NCBI GenBank assembly: GCA_016187515.1
Contig: JACPJN010000007.1
Span: 4,046-68,045, forward strand
Length of the DNA stretch: 64,000 nucleotides
Reading direction: 5' to 3'
Source: Candidatus Uhrbacteria bacterium
GTDB lineage: Bacteria > Patescibacteriota > Patescibacteriia > GWA2-47-26
Positions 11,340 to 22,110 of this stretch are shown piece by piece (the first letter of the stretch is position 1; the number at the start of each line of letters is the position of its first letter). Under the pieces are notes generated by a model. That model was not told where the DNA came from. It ran no database searches and worked only from the letters and a program-made list of their open reading frames with translations. Position numbers and translations under genes: made by a program.

Positions 11340-12020
11340 ATGACACATGGAACTAAATATCAAGCCGCCGCCAAACTCGTGGACCAAGATAAACTCTACA
11401 AACCGGAAGAGGCCTTGGAGCTCGTAAAAAAAACTTCCACGGCGAAATTTGACGCGGCGGTTGAAATCCACTGCCATCTGGGCATTGACGCGTCAAAAGG
11501 CACCGAGCAAGTCCGCAGTAACGTAAGTTTCCCGCACGGAACCGGCAAAACCAAAAAGGTCATCGCCTTTGTCGGCCCAACCTTGGAAAAGCAGGCCGAA
11601 GAGGCCGGCGCCGACATTGTCGGAAACGACCGCCTGATTGACGAGATCGCCGGCAGCGGCAAGATTGATTTTGACGTGGCGGTGGCCACTCCGGACATGA
11701 TGCCGCGCCTCGCCAAGATCGCCAAGATTCTTGGTCCCAAAGGACTAATGCCCAACCCCAAGTCCGAAACCGTCACTACGGACATTAAAAAAACCATTGC
11801 TGAATTAAAGCGCGGCAAAGTCAACTTCAAAAGCGATAATACCGGAAATGTGCACATCGCCATCGGCCGAGTTTCCTTTGAAACCGTAAAACTGCTGGAA
11901 AATTTTGAGAAATTCATGGACGCGCTGCGCCGCGCCAAACCCTCTTCTTCCAAAGGAATTTTTGTCCGCTCCTGCGCGGTCACCGCCACCATGGGCCCGG
12001 CGATCAAAGTGAGCATTTAA
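11340..12020 (+). CDS. rplA: 50S ribosomal protein L1
   Basis: PHGTGK, LGPKGLMPNPK, TMGP. Confidence 0.97.
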   Translation: MTHGTKYQAAAKLVDQDKLYKPEEALELVKKTSTAKFDAAVEIHCHLGIDASKGTEQVRSNVSFPHGTGKTKKVIAFVGPTLEKQAEEAGADIVGNDRLIDEIAGSGKIDFDVAVATPDMMPRLAKIAKILGPKGLMPNPKSETVTTDIKKTIAELKRGKVNFKSDNTGNVHIAIGRVSFETVKLLENFEKFMDALRRAKPSSSKGIFVRSCAVTATMGPAIKVSI

Positions 12021-12022
12021 AT

Positions 12023-12592
12023 ATGATCTTAAGTGACCGCGACATCAAACGCGCCCTCGCTGAAGGCAGAATTAAGGTCGATCCCCTGCCTGATCTGGGA
12101 GTCCACCTTGGCCCTTGTTCGCTCGATTTCCAGCTTGGCACGACCTTGCGCGTTTTTGAATATACCAAGCACCCGGTGATTGATCCGCGTCAAAGGGAAA
12201 TGTTTGATAAACTCTCCCGCGAGCTGAATGTGCCGGAAGGAGAGAGTTTTATTATCCACCCGGGGGAACTAATCATTGCCTCTACTTTAGAATGGCTCGA
12301 ACTTTCCAATGACTTGGTCGGGCGCCTGGAAGGCCGCTCTTCACTCGGCCGCATCGGGGTGGTGGTCCATTCCACTGCCGCGCGCTTTGATCCGGGCTGG
12401 CGCGGCAGACCGGTACTGGAGCTTGGAAACCTCGGCCGCATTCCGGTCGCGCTTTTTCCCGGCATGCGCATTTGCTCATTTACGTTTGAGCAATTGTCTT
12501 CTCCTGCCGAGCAACTCTACCACACGCGCGCCACCTCAAAATATGCGAACCAAGAAGGGGCCAGTGCGTCTAAATTGGCAGACGAATTATGA
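12023..12592 (+). CDS. dcd: dCTP deaminase
   Basis: MILSDRDI, EGRSSLGRIG, DPGWRG. Confidence 0.93.
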   Translation: MILSDRDIKRALAEGRIKVDPLPDLGVHLGPCSLDFQLGTTLRVFEYTKHPVIDPRQREMFDKLSRELNVPEGESFIIHPGELIIASTLEWLELSNDLVGRLEGRSSLGRIGVVVHSTAARFDPGWRGRPVLELGNLGRIPVALFPGMRICSFTFEQLSSPAEQLYHTRATSKYANQEGASASKLADEL

Positions 12593-13017
12593 AGGTGCGC
12601 ATCCACAGAAAGGACTCCTCCGTACCCCTTCCGGAATACCAAACTCCCGGCTCGGTCGCGTTTGACCTTGCCGCCTCGGAAGATACCACGGTTCCCCCGC
12701 GTGAAATCCGGCTCATTCCTACGGGTCTGGTGATCTGCACCCCGCCGGGTCATATACTGCTGGTCGCCACCCGCTCATCCACACCAATGAAAAAGGGACT
12801 TATGCTTGCCAATGGCATTGGCATTATAGATCAAGATTTTTGCGGCCCGGATGACGAAATAAAATTGCAGCTTTTCAATTTTACCGACCAGCCCGTGGAA
12901 ATAAAAAAAGGCGACCGCCTCGCCCAGGGGCTTTTTCTCAAACTTGATCGTGTGGAATGGGAAGAAGTAAGCCAACTGGAGAATAAAACCCGAGGGGGAT
13001 TTGGCTCGACTGGGTGA
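12589..13017 (+). CDS. dut: dUTPase
   Basis: AFDL, RSS, GIIDQDF, GDRLAQ, RGGFGSTG. Confidence 0.95.
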   Translation: MKVRIHRKDSSVPLPEYQTPGSVAFDLAASEDTTVPPREIRLIPTGLVICTPPGHILLVATRSSTPMKKGLMLANGIGIIDQDFCGPDDEIKLQLFNFTDQPVEIKKGDRLAQGLFLKLDRVEWEEVSQLENKTRGGFGSTG

Positions 13018-13124
13018 CTGTAATTCAATTTCTCCCCCTTAAGATAAGGGGGAGCTAGAGGGGGTTATGACAATCTCAAAAGCGGCCATAGGGCCGCTTT
13101 TCTCTACTTGCCGCTTGCTCATTG

Positions 13125-13496
13125 CTACTTACTACTTTCCAATACTTCCTCATCCTCCGGCCGCCAGGCCGGATCAACAATTGCCAAAAATTTTAATTCG
13201 CGGTCCCCGGTATTTTCAATAGATTGTTTCCCGTTGGGAGGAATATAAATCGTGTCATCCGGCCCAACTTGTTCTGCTTCATCATCGATATGCATAATTC
13301 CCTCGCCCTCCAAAATATAATACACTTCGGAGGTCTTTAATCTATGCAATAGCGAGCGCTTATGGGGTTTCACTATCGCATGTACAATACTGTAACGCAA
13401 CGCAAGATCGGCTTTTGCCGGATGAATTGGTTCACGCAGAATAGTTTCATCTGCCGCCATAAATTCCTCCAAATCATGAAATTTCTTTATAAACAT
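13125..13496 (-). CDS. cupin domain protein
   Basis: H..SEVYYILEGEG, IYIPP, IENTG. Confidence 0.85.
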   Translation of the reverse strand: MFIKKFHDLEEFMAADETILREPIHPAKADLALRYSIVHAIVKPHKRSLLHRLKTSEVYYILEGEGIMHIDDEAEQVGPDDTIYIPPNGKQSIENTGDRELKFLAIVDPAWRPEDEEVLESSK

Positions 13497-13511
13497 AATC
13501 AGTTGTTAAAT

Positions 13512-13721
13512 TTACTTAACCACCGAATCCTGAACCCTAAAATACTGCTTAATGTACGCGACAAAGTCCTGACCACAATCAGCGCACAGATCAAAAGATA
13601 AGTTAAGGCCACTGCCGCGAACAGTCCCATCAACCCAGGGGGCATTTTTATTGATAGTATATACTCCGGGCGGCTTCTGCACTTCACATTTGTCACATTT
13701 ATTTATATTCATAACCGTCAT
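13512..13721 (-). CDS. small putative Zn-binding protein
   Basis: CDKC ... CADC pairs. Confidence 0.55.
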   Translation of the reverse strand: MTVMNINKCDKCEVQKPPGVYTINKNAPWVDGTVRGSGLNLSFDLCADCGQDFVAYIKQYFRVQDSVVK

Positions 13722-13851
13722 TCATTTTTTTAACTCCACTATTGTATCACCCCATGATTGATTGTCAAATATACAAATTAAATCGTATATAATGCCAAAT
13801 CCGTGGCAATCTGCGATCCGCGGCCATCTGTTACCCATCTGCGGGAATCTG

Positions 13852-14544
13852 TCATATCCTATAAACTACATCTTTTCTTTCCACCACAATTTCCCAGCCC
13901 TTCTTTTTCGCGGCTTGGTAAAGTCCGCGCGAGGGATTAAACGCGATCGCTCTTACCGCCAGCTTAAGCATGGAAATATCGCTTTCGCTATCCCCGACTG
14001 CCACCGAACCGCTAAGAGTCAAATTGTACTTTTTAACGACGTGTTTTACCAAAAACTCTTTATCAAAAACCGAATAAGTATAGCGCGCTTTACCGGTATA
14101 CCGCCTACGCGCGTCGGTTTCCAGCACCCAGCCATACGTTCTGTCAAACCGCAAAAACCGATTATACCAACGCACGATTTCAAACGGGGAGCCGGAAATT
14201 GCGACCAGAAAGTAATTTTTCTTGCGCAGTTTTTCAATCAAATCACGGGTAAAACGGTACACGTGCGATTTTTCCGCCGCAACCACGTCTCGAGATATGC
14301 GCCGCACATCCGCTTGCCGCTTGCCCTTAATGTGGCAAATAAATACTTTGACCAATTTCTCAAGATACGCGTCATAGGTGCCTTTGCGATTAAGCCAGGC
14401 GCGCAAATACGGCTCCACCTCGGCTCGCGCCCGCGCCGGAAAAATCCCCTCATTCACCAGATACGAAAACAGCCGCCGCGTCAAAGACGAGCGAAAAATC
14501 GTGCCATCAACATCAAAAACCGCGAGTTTTCTTTTGGTTGCCAT
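13852..14544 (-). CDS. HAD-IB family hydrolase
   Basis: FDVDGT, ISGS, VGDSESD. Confidence 0.9.
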   Translation of the reverse strand: MATKRKLAVFDVDGTIFRSSLTRRLFSYLVNEGIFPARARAEVEPYLRAWLNRKGTYDAYLEKLVKVFICHIKGKRQADVRRISRDVVAAEKSHVYRFTRDLIEKLRKKNYFLVAISGSPFEIVRWYNRFLRFDRTYGWVLETDARRRYTGKARYTYSVFDKEFLVKHVVKKYNLTLSGSVAVGDSESDISMLKLAVRAIAFNPSRGLYQAAKKKGWEIVVERKDVVYRI

Positions 14545-14574
14545 ATATTTTATTATACGCTATACTGTGAAACT

Positions 14575-15447
14575 ATGAAAGTATACCTAGACATCGTCCG
14601 TCACATTTTAGAGCATGGCGAAATGAAAGAAAACCGCACGGGCGTGCGGGCGCTTGCGATTGCCGGCGCGATGTTTGAACATGACCTGGCCTCGGGCTTC
14701 CCCCTGCTGACCACCAAAAAAATGCCGTTCAAAGTTGTGGCGACTGAACTGGAATTTTTTATTAAAGGCATTACGGACAAACAGTGGCTTAAAGACCGCA
14801 AATGCCACATCTGGGACGAATGGGCCAGCCCACGCCTCGCGGCATACGGACTCGACGAGGAATCCAAGCTGCGCATGCGCAACGAGCGCGATCTCGGACC
14901 AATTTACGGATTTCAGTGGCGTCATTTCGGAACGACATATCGTGGATATGAAGAGAATTATTCTGGCCAAGGCATCGATCAATTGAAAAATGTTGTTGAA
15001 AAATTAAAAAGCAATCCAAATGACCGTCGCATGATCGTTTCGGCGTGGAATCCCCTAGCACTTGGAGAGATGGGCCTACCGCCCTGCCATTATTCATTCC
15101 AAGTTACGGTGATCAATGGCCGGTTAAATCTGCTGTGGAACCAACGCTCGGTAGATACCATGCTGGGTTTGCCTTTCAACATTGCCAGTTATGCGTTGCT
15201 TTTGCATTTACTCGCCAAAGAGTCGGGGCTTAAAGAAGGAAAACTGGTGGGATTTCTCGGCGACGTCCACATTTATGAAAACCACGTCGAGGGCGCGCGC
15301 GAGCAAATTAGCCGCGATCCAAACACCTATCCCCTGCCCACCATCCAAACCGATCCCTGGACCGGCCTTTTCAACTGGGAAGCCCCGCATACACAACTTC
15401 TCGGCTACGAAAGTTATCCAAGAATTGAATTTGCGATTGCGGTGTAA
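14575..15447 (+). CDS. thyA: thymidylate synthase
   Basis: FPLLTTKK, LGPIYGFQWR, LPPCH, QRSVD, GLPFN; true start MKVYL. Confidence 0.96.
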   Translation: MKVYLDIVRHILEHGEMKENRTGVRALAIAGAMFEHDLASGFPLLTTKKMPFKVVATELEFFIKGITDKQWLKDRKCHIWDEWASPRLAAYGLDEESKLRMRNERDLGPIYGFQWRHFGTTYRGYEENYSGQGIDQLKNVVEKLKSNPNDRRMIVSAWNPLALGEMGLPPCHYSFQVTVINGRLNLLWNQRSVDTMLGLPFNIASYALLLHLLAKESGLKEGKLVGFLGDVHIYENHVEGAREQISRDPNTYPLPTIQTDPWTGLFNWEAPHTQLLGYESYPRIEFAIAV

Positions 15448-15450
15448 CCT

Positions 15451-16008
15451 ATGGCAGTATCTCTTATTGCGGCGGTTTCCAAAAATGGAGTGATTGGAGC
15501 GAAAAATGATCTACCTTGGTATTTGCCCGAGGACTTAAAGCATTTCAAAATGCTGACCACGGGAAAAACCGTGCTCATGGGCCGCAAAACCTTTGAGTCA
15601 ATTTTGAAGCGTCTTGGAAAACCCCTGCCGAATCGGAAAAATGTGGTGGTGACAAGGGATGTACATTACGCCCCCCCACCTCAATCCTCCCCCACCAGGG
15701 GGGAGGAAGCTCCCAAAAATTCCCCTCCCCTTGTGGGAGGGGCTAGGGGAGGGGGTGAGGGTGTATGCCTGCACCACTCGGTTGAAGAAGCGCTTGCGCA
15801 CCACCAAGACGAGGAGATAATGGTGGCCGGCGGCGGAGAAATCTTCAAGCAGACCATTGACCGCGCCGACCGGCTCTACATCACCGAGGTACACAAGGAA
15901 GTTCCCGGCGACGTGTATTTCCCCGCGATTGATCCGAACACTTGGAGCGAAACCGCGCGCGAAGACCACGAAGAGTTTTCGTTTGTAACCTACATTCGTA
16001 ATTCGTAG
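15451..16008 (+). CDS. folA: dihydrofolate reductase with ~30-aa palindrome-encoded insert
   Basis: LPWYLPEDLKHF, MGRKTFES, PLPNR, GGGEIF, GDVYFP. Confidence 0.95.
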   Translation: MAVSLIAAVSKNGVIGAKNDLPWYLPEDLKHFKMLTTGKTVLMGRKTFESILKRLGKPLPNRKNVVVTRDVHYAPPPQSSPTRGEEAPKNSPPLVGGARGGGEGVCLHHSVEEALAHHQDEEIMVAGGGEIFKQTIDRADRLYITEVHKEVPGDVYFPAIDPNTWSETAREDHEEFSFVTYIRNS

Positions 16009-16040
16009 TATTCGCACAAGATTCGTAATTCGTACACACT

Positions 16041-16706
16041 ATGTTCATCGTAATTGAAGGAAGTGATGGCTCTGGCAAAGCCACCCAGCTTGAGCTGATT
16101 GCCAAACACCCTCAACTCCGGGGACAAACAATTACCACGATGGATTTTCCCCAGTACGGCCAAAAAAGCGCCGGCCTGGCCGAAGAATATTTGAATGGAA
16201 AATACGGCGGCGTGCGCGAGGTTTCGCCGTATATCGCCTCGCTCTTCTTTGCGGTGGATCGGTTTGACGCCAGTTTCAAAATTCGCGCGGCGGTAAGCGC
16301 GGGCAAGATCGTAATTTCCAACCGCTACACGCTCTCCAGCGCGGCCCATCAAGGCGCGAAAATAAAAAATTCTGACGAACGGCAAAAATTTTTCCACTGG
16401 CTTAACGAGCTGGAATATGATACGCTGAAGCTGCCCCGCCCGGACCTCACGATCTTTCTCCATGTTCCGGCCGAGATCGGCTATGAACTCATCCTAAAAA
16501 AGCAGCGCCGCGATTATCTGGGCGGGAAAGCGCGCGATATCCATGAGGCCGATCTTGAATACCTAAAAACCGTAGAACAAGCTTATCTCACCCTGTCGGA
16601 AAACGACCCGGCGATCCAGCGGATTGAGTGCGCGCCGGGCGGAATCCTTCTGCCTATCGAACAAATAAACGACTTAATTCTTCAAGAAATTCTCCGGCGA
16701 TTATGA
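16041..16706 (+). CDS. tmk: thymidylate kinase
   Basis: IEGSDGSGKATQ P-loop, NRY, PDLTIFL. Confidence 0.9.
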   Translation: MFIVIEGSDGSGKATQLELIAKHPQLRGQTITTMDFPQYGQKSAGLAEEYLNGKYGGVREVSPYIASLFFAVDRFDASFKIRAAVSAGKIVISNRYTLSSAAHQGAKIKNSDERQKFFHWLNELEYDTLKLPRPDLTIFLHVPAEIGYELILKKQRRDYLGGKARDIHEADLEYLKTVEQAYLTLSENDPAIQRIECAPGGILLPIEQINDLILQEILRRL

Positions 16707-17395
16707 TATCCTTAGGCGAACTCATTAAAAAAGTGCTCCTGATTTATTCCGCCCATTTTCGGACTTTTCTGGGAATTCTAATCGCCACCCTTCTCTGGAA
16801 TATCGCGATTAACACCATTCCGGTAAGTATCTCAACCACCTTGCGTTTTGCCATCCCGACTTTTAGCGTCTCCTTCCTGATCGCGGCGTTTACCGAGCTG
16901 GCCTTGATTAAAAGCTACGCGAATTTTATTGAGGAGAAACCGGTTGCGTTGCGCGAGATATTTGCGCAAGCATTCCGAAAACTGCCTTGGTTTATTCTGA
17001 TCCTCCTCATTTGGATGACAATTATGCTGGTGGGGATCACCTTCCTGATTTTTCCGGCGATTATTTTCGGGGTGTGGTTCATATTTGTCGGAACCGTACT
17101 GATGCTGGAGGATGCCCGCGGCTTTAAGGTCTTCAAAAGGAGTAAGACGCTAACGGCCGGATTTTTCTTTCCTCTGCTCTTGCGCGCCGGAGCGATTACG
17201 GTGGCCGCTTTCTTTGTCGCAAGCGCCGCCTCCCAAGGATTTGCCGGCATTTTGACGGCACTCCTGGGTCCGGCTAATCCGTATGGCCCGGTGTTTAGCG
17301 CAATTGTTCGGGCGGTCCTTACGGCCCTGGCGCTTCCCATCATCAGCGGAACTGTCGTTACGCTGTATTTTGAGATGAGGAAATTAAAGGGATAA
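16703..17395 (+). CDS. multi-pass membrane protein
   Basis: several TM segments; overlaps the tmk stop. Confidence 0.75.
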   Translation: MISLGELIKKVLLIYSAHFRTFLGILIATLLWNIAINTIPVSISTTLRFAIPTFSVSFLIAAFTELALIKSYANFIEEKPVALREIFAQAFRKLPWFILILLIWMTIMLVGITFLIFPAIIFGVWFIFVGTVLMLEDARGFKVFKRSKTLTAGFFFPLLLRAGAITVAAFFVASAASQGFAGILTALLGPANPYGPVFSAIVRAVLTALALPIISGTVVTLYFEMRKLKG

Positions 17396-17473
17396 CGCGA
17401 ATCCTTACGCCGCGAATCGCGCGAATTATTCGCGTCATTGGCGGGGCAAAGCCCATCCGCGCAATCCTCGCAT

Positions 17474-19012
17474 ATGAATTACGAAGCAATAATCGGATTG
17501 GAAATTCATGTCCAACTTAAAACCAAGAGCAAGCTTTTTTGCGGTTGTGATAATCGCGGAGAAGATGCTCCGCCCAATACCACCGTCTGTCCTGTCTGTA
17601 TGGGACACCCAGGGGTGCTACCGGTTTTGAACAAGCAAGCGCTGGAGTTTGGAATCATGGCCGGACTCGCGCTTAACTGTACCATTCCGGAAAAAGCGAA
17701 ATTTGACCGGAAAAACTATTTTTATCCGGATTTACCGAAGGGCTATCAGATCTCGCAGTTTGACGAACCGATTTGTGTAAATGGACTGGTATCCATTGCG
17801 GTGCCCACGGCACAGAAAGACGCGCGCAAAAACGCGGACATCCGCATCACCCGTATCCATATGGAAGAAGACGCGGCGAAAAGCACGCATGCGGACGGCA
17901 AGACCTACGTGGACTTCAACCGCGCCGGAACTCCGCTTATTGAGACCGTTACCGAGCCGGATTTCCGCTCCCCGCTCGAGGCCAAAACCTTTCTCCAGGA
18001 GTTGCGCCGCATTATGCGCTATCTCGGCGTCTCTGACGCGGACATGGAAAAAGGGCACCTGCGCTGCGATGCGAATATCTCGCTCCGCCCTACTAACCAA
18101 GCTCCCCCCCTTAATGTAAGGGGGGGCACGGGGGGGTTATACCCCAAAACCGAAGTAAAAAATATCAACTCCTTCCGCGCGGTTGAGCGCGCGCTTCAAT
18201 ACGAAATTCAGCGGCAAACCAAGCTTTGGGACGATGGCAAACCGCCTGCGATCACGACAACCCGCGGTTGGGATGATGTGCAAGGGATTACCGTTGAACA
18301 GCGCAGCAAAGAGGACTCTGCCGATTATCACTATTTCCCCGAGCCGGACTTGCCCCCCTTGCTTCTGCGCGAAGTGGTTGACCAAGTACGCGGCCGCATG
18401 CCGGAACTGCCGCGAGCGCGCCGGCTGCGTCTTGCGGAGGAATATGGGTTTTCCCCAGGCGAGACCATGATTTTAACGGAAGAGAAACCGCTGGCGGATT
18501 ATACCGAGCAGGTAATGACCGAGCTGCAAACCTGGATACGCGACCTGGAAGAAGACGGTACCGAGGAGGAGAAATGGGAACGCAACAAAAAGAAACTGAC
18601 CAAACTGTTTTCCGGCTGGTTTATCACTAAACTTTTCGGGCTAATGGAAAAACACGCCGTGGATATTCGCACCATAAAAATCACCCCGGAAAATTTTGCG
18701 GAACTGCTGACCATGATTCACGCCAATCGCGTAAACTCGACCGCGGCGCTGCAAATTCTGGAAGAAATGTTACTCACGGGCGGCGATCCCAGCCAGATCA
18801 TGGAGGAAAAAAAGCTTGAGCAGGTCTCCAATAACGAGGAAATCACGCCGATTGTGCAGGACGTAATCGCGGCTAATCCACAAGCCATCGCTGACTTCAA
18901 AGCTGGCAAAGCTAACGCCCTACAATTCCTGGTTGGCCAGGTCATGAAATCCTCTCGCGGCAAAGCCAACCCGGACCTCGCCCAAAAACTCCTAAAAAAA
19001 CTGCTCCGCTAA
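17474..19012 (+). CDS. gatB: Asp/Glu-tRNA amidotransferase subunit B
   Basis: IGLEIHVQL, RKNYFYPDLPKGYQISQ, DFNRAGTPL, YFPEPDLPP. Confidence 0.97.
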   Translation: MNYEAIIGLEIHVQLKTKSKLFCGCDNRGEDAPPNTTVCPVCMGHPGVLPVLNKQALEFGIMAGLALNCTIPEKAKFDRKNYFYPDLPKGYQISQFDEPICVNGLVSIAVPTAQKDARKNADIRITRIHMEEDAAKSTHADGKTYVDFNRAGTPLIETVTEPDFRSPLEAKTFLQELRRIMRYLGVSDADMEKGHLRCDANISLRPTNQAPPLNVRGGTGGLYPKTEVKNINSFRAVERALQYEIQRQTKLWDDGKPPAITTTRGWDDVQGITVEQRSKEDSADYHYFPEPDLPPLLLREVVDQVRGRMPELPRARRLRLAEEYGFSPGETMILTEEKPLADYTEQVMTELQTWIRDLEEDGTEEEKWERNKKKLTKLFSGWFITKLFGLMEKHAVDIRTIKITPENFAELLTMIHANRVNSTAALQILEEMLLTGGDPSQIMEEKKLEQVSNNEEITPIVQDVIAANPQAIADFKAGKANALQFLVGQVMKSSRGKANPDLAQKLLKKLLR

Positions 19013-19178
19013 ATCCCCCTCCCTTAGGGTAAGGGAGGGCGGGGTGGGTTACGAAAATTTTCCTCCCCTGCCCGCGATTTTCCCCCCTGTCCCGATTCTC
19101 GAGAATCGAGGATCCTCGGCCGCAGCCGGGACCCGAGGGGGGATTAAGGGGGGTGGGAGCAAAGGAGGGGTCACACTA

Positions 19179-20111
19179 TCACATCGAAAACTTTTTCACG
19201 AGGCGCGCGGCTTCTTTTTTGCTGCGCACCCACACAATCCGCTTATCCCTCCGAAACCACGTCATCTGCCGACGGGAAAAATCTTTAATCGCGTGCGATA
19301 ATGCATCTACCATTGTTGTCAAATTCTCACGATCGTGAGAATTTGACGGTCGCTTTTTTGATTGCAGTCGGCGTAAATAATGACTCATATACCGATATTC
19401 GAGGCCGAATGATTCAAGGCGTTTCCAGGAAATGCCTTGGCGGTGCAAGCGCATCGCTTCCCCCATAAGCCCCTGCTTCAAGCGCGCCTTTAGGCGAGCG
19501 TCAATGCGTTTGTTAAGCACATCTCGTGGCACGGCAAGCCCGATCATTAATACCTTATAAGACGGCGCGTGTTTTTCGCGCTGTTTTGAAAGCGGCACTC
19601 CTGTGGCCAGACAAATCTCAATTGCCCGCTCCAGACGCCGGCGATTGTTTTTATCAATGACACGATATGTGGCAGGGTCTAATTTTTTTAATTTCGCACT
19701 TAATTTCTTCGTGCTCAATCGCGCAAGTCGCGCCCGCAACTTAAAATCCGGTGGCGCATCCGGCAGAACATATCCGTCCACTACCGCCTGCACATAAAGT
19801 CCGGTCCCGCCCACGAGAATCGGCAATTTCCCGCGCCCCAAAATATCCTCAATCGCCCGATACGCCCGCTTTTGATACTGCGCCAAGGTAAAATTCGTCT
19901 TGGGGCTTACCACATCAATTAAATGATGCCGCACGGCCCTATGCCCTTTGCCATAAGCCCTAAGCTCCTTCCCCGTCCCAATATCCATCCCGCGATACAC
20001 CTGCCGGGAATCTGCTGATACAATCTCGCCATTAAAACGCCGCGCCAAATCAACCGCGAGTTTGGTTTTCCCCGACGAAGTCGGACCGACAATAACAATA
20101 ATTTTTTGCAT
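19179..20111 (-). CDS. miaA: tRNA dimethylallyltransferase
   Basis: GPTSSGKT, SADSRQVYRGMDIGTGK, VGGTGLY, RRQMTWF. Confidence 0.96.
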   Translation of the reverse strand: MQKIIVIVGPTSSGKTKLAVDLARRFNGEIVSADSRQVYRGMDIGTGKELRAYGKGHRAVRHHLIDVVSPKTNFTLAQYQKRAYRAIEDILGRGKLPILVGGTGLYVQAVVDGYVLPDAPPDFKLRARLARLSTKKLSAKLKKLDPATYRVIDKNNRRRLERAIEICLATGVPLSKQREKHAPSYKVLMIGLAVPRDVLNKRIDARLKARLKQGLMGEAMRLHRQGISWKRLESFGLEYRYMSHYLRRLQSKKRPSNSHDRENLTTMVDALSHAIKDFSRRQMTWFRRDKRIVWVRSKKEAARLVKKFSM

Positions 20112-20123
20112 ATACAACTCAAT

Positions 20124-20379
20124 CACCCCTCTTAAGATAAGAGGGGGTAGGGGGAGTTATGAACTATGTACATCTCGTAACCCCCTCTAACTCCCCCTTA
20201 CCCTAAGGGGGAGAATTTGATTGATTGTACCACAAAAAAAGAAAGGGCGCCCCGAAGGGAACCCGTGGAACACACTGCTTGGGTGGAACACCCTCACCCT
20301 ACCCTCTCCCATCAAGGGAGAGGGATTGCCCTTTTGCTTCCTCTCCCCTTTGTGGGAGAGGATTGAGGTGAGGGGGGCC
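20124..20379. repeat. cluster of CCCCT...AGGGG REP-like hairpins
   Basis: cccctcttaagataagagggg; cgtaaccccctctaactcccccttaccctaagggggag (same as 9526-9563); ccctcaccctaccctctccc...gggagaggg. Confidence 0.85.
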
Positions 20380-20952
20380 CTACCGCGTTTCCCAGCCAAA
20401 ACGGCGCTGGAGCGCGCGGAGACGAAGACATGCGGCAGTGAGCATGAGTACACCGGCAAGCATACACAGCCCCCATTGCCCGGGCCAGGCAAGAAATGCC
20501 ATGGTCCCGATGAGCACCACCGTGAACGTGGCGGAGCGCACCCGCGCGCCAAAGGTGTTAGGACGGGTGAACCTCGTGGCGATGAGGTAGATTACGAACG
20601 CCAGTGAAAGAGCGATAAACGGTTCCTCGTGCGTGCGGTGTGCGAACCAGTCGTAGCCGAGTCGCCCCAGAAGCACCGCCCCGACTCCGATGTTAAGCGC
20701 GATCACCACGAACCGATGGTACTTGTTGTTCCAGGCGTTGACGACCTGCGGATCGCCCATATAGTTCATGACGGCGCCCAAGATAAGGCGAAGTGCAGTC
20801 GCAACCATATAAAGAATAGCAGCCTCGACCCACTTCCTATTCCAGATCGACATCATAGCTGCCACGCCGCAAATGAAGGCGCAGGGCGCCGTAAGTTTGT
20901 AATTACCCTCGGCACGCACGCGCACAAAACTGAAGCTGACTGGGTTACTCAT
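20380..20952 (-). CDS. orphan multi-pass membrane protein
   Basis: GGAGG SD; several TMs; REP clusters on both sides. Confidence 0.65.
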   Translation of the reverse strand: MSNPVSFSFVRVRAEGNYKLTAPCAFICGVAAMMSIWNRKWVEAAILYMVATALRLILGAVMNYMGDPQVVNAWNNKYHRFVVIALNIGVGAVLLGRLGYDWFAHRTHEEPFIALSLAFVIYLIATRFTRPNTFGARVRSATFTVVLIGTMAFLAWPGQWGLCMLAGVLMLTAACLRLRALQRRFGWETR

Positions 20953-21216
20953 GATGTACACCTCCACCCAAACCTTATCACAAATCCCCGTTTCCGTCAA
21001 GGGCCAGGGCGTGGTAGAATACAACAAAACTCCCCTCTTAAGATAAGAGGGGTTGGGGGGAGTTATGAAGCGGTCGTAACCCCCTCCACTCCCACCCCCT
21101 CTTAATCTCCCCCTCCCGCCAGAGGCGAGGCTCGCCAGAGGCGGCGGGCAGGGGGAGAAAATTGGTTAATCTGTGATCCGTGGCTTATCCGTCATCTATC
21201 CGCGGCTATCAGTGTT

Positions 21217-22110
21217 ATGAAACACCACACCACCCACTCCACCTCGCGAACCTTGCGCACTGCCATTTTCATGAGTATCGCGGTCGTAATAATCGAAGTT
21301 GCCGGCGGCATTTACACCGGCTCGCTGGCTTTGCTTTCGGACGCCAGCCATGCTTTTTCTGACCTTTTAGCGCTTACCATTACCCTTTTCGCCCTGCGCA
21401 TTGCCGCGCGCCCGCCGACCGCCAAACATACCTTTGGCTATCACCGCGCGGAAGTAATCGGCGCCCTCTTAAATGGCTTGCTGCTTTTAGTCATGGCTTG
21501 GGGGATCGGCAGTGCGGCTTGGTCTCGTCTTGAGTCGCCACCCGACATTCAGGGCGAATTAGTGGCCCTGATCGGTTTTGTCGGCATTATTCCCAATATC
21601 TGGACAGTGGCGCGTTTGCGCAAATCTACAAACCTTAATGTAAAAAGCGCGGCCCTCCATGCCCTCGGTGATGCGGGCGCTTCGGTTGTAGTCGTGATCA
21701 GCGGAGTAATCATCGCGCTTACCGGGCTTACTCAATTTGATGCGGCAGCGAGTTTAATTGTCGTGGCCTTACTGACGATCGGCGCGATACGTCTTCTAAA
21801 GCAAGTATTAATTATCTTACTTGAGGGCACTCCCGAAAACATTGACCGAGAAAATATCTCAAAATTGGTCTGCGCGCTCCCGGGCGTGCGCTCCACCCAC
21901 GACGTGCACCTTTGGACCCTGTGCTCGGACGTGGTGTATTTCACCGGACACCTGGTCATTGATGGAAAACCGGATCTTAAAAAAGCCCAAGAAGTTGTCA
22001 CCGGCGCAACCCGCGCCTTGAACAAAAAAGGTGTTCACCATATAACACTCCAAATTGAGACGCCGGATCACTCGTGCGTGAAAGAAGAGGCCTGCGAAAT
22101 CGTGCACTAG
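21217..22110 (+). CDS. cation diffusion facilitator (CzcD/ZitB-like) transporter
   Basis: SLALLSDASH..D, TFGYHRAE, LHALGD, HDVHLW. Confidence 0.93.
   Translation: MKHHTTHSTSRTLRTAIFMSIAVVIIEVAGGIYTGSLALLSDASHAFSDLLALTITLFALRIAARPPTAKHTFGYHRAEVIGALLNGLLLLVMAWGIGSAAWSRLESPPDIQGELVALIGFVGIIPNIWTVARLRKSTNLNVKSAALHALGDAGASVVVVISGVIIALTGLTQFDAAASLIVVALLTIGAIRLLKQVLIILLEGTPENIDRENISKLVCALPGVRSTHDVHLWTLCSDVVYFTGHLVIDGKPDLKKAQEVVTGATRALNKKGVHHITLQIETPDHSCVKEEACEIVH

Noticed and set aside
13762-14574. 271-aa N-terminal extension of ThyA in the ORF track
   Set aside because: It is the antisense shadow of the HAD gene; ThyA homology starts at MKVYL (14575)
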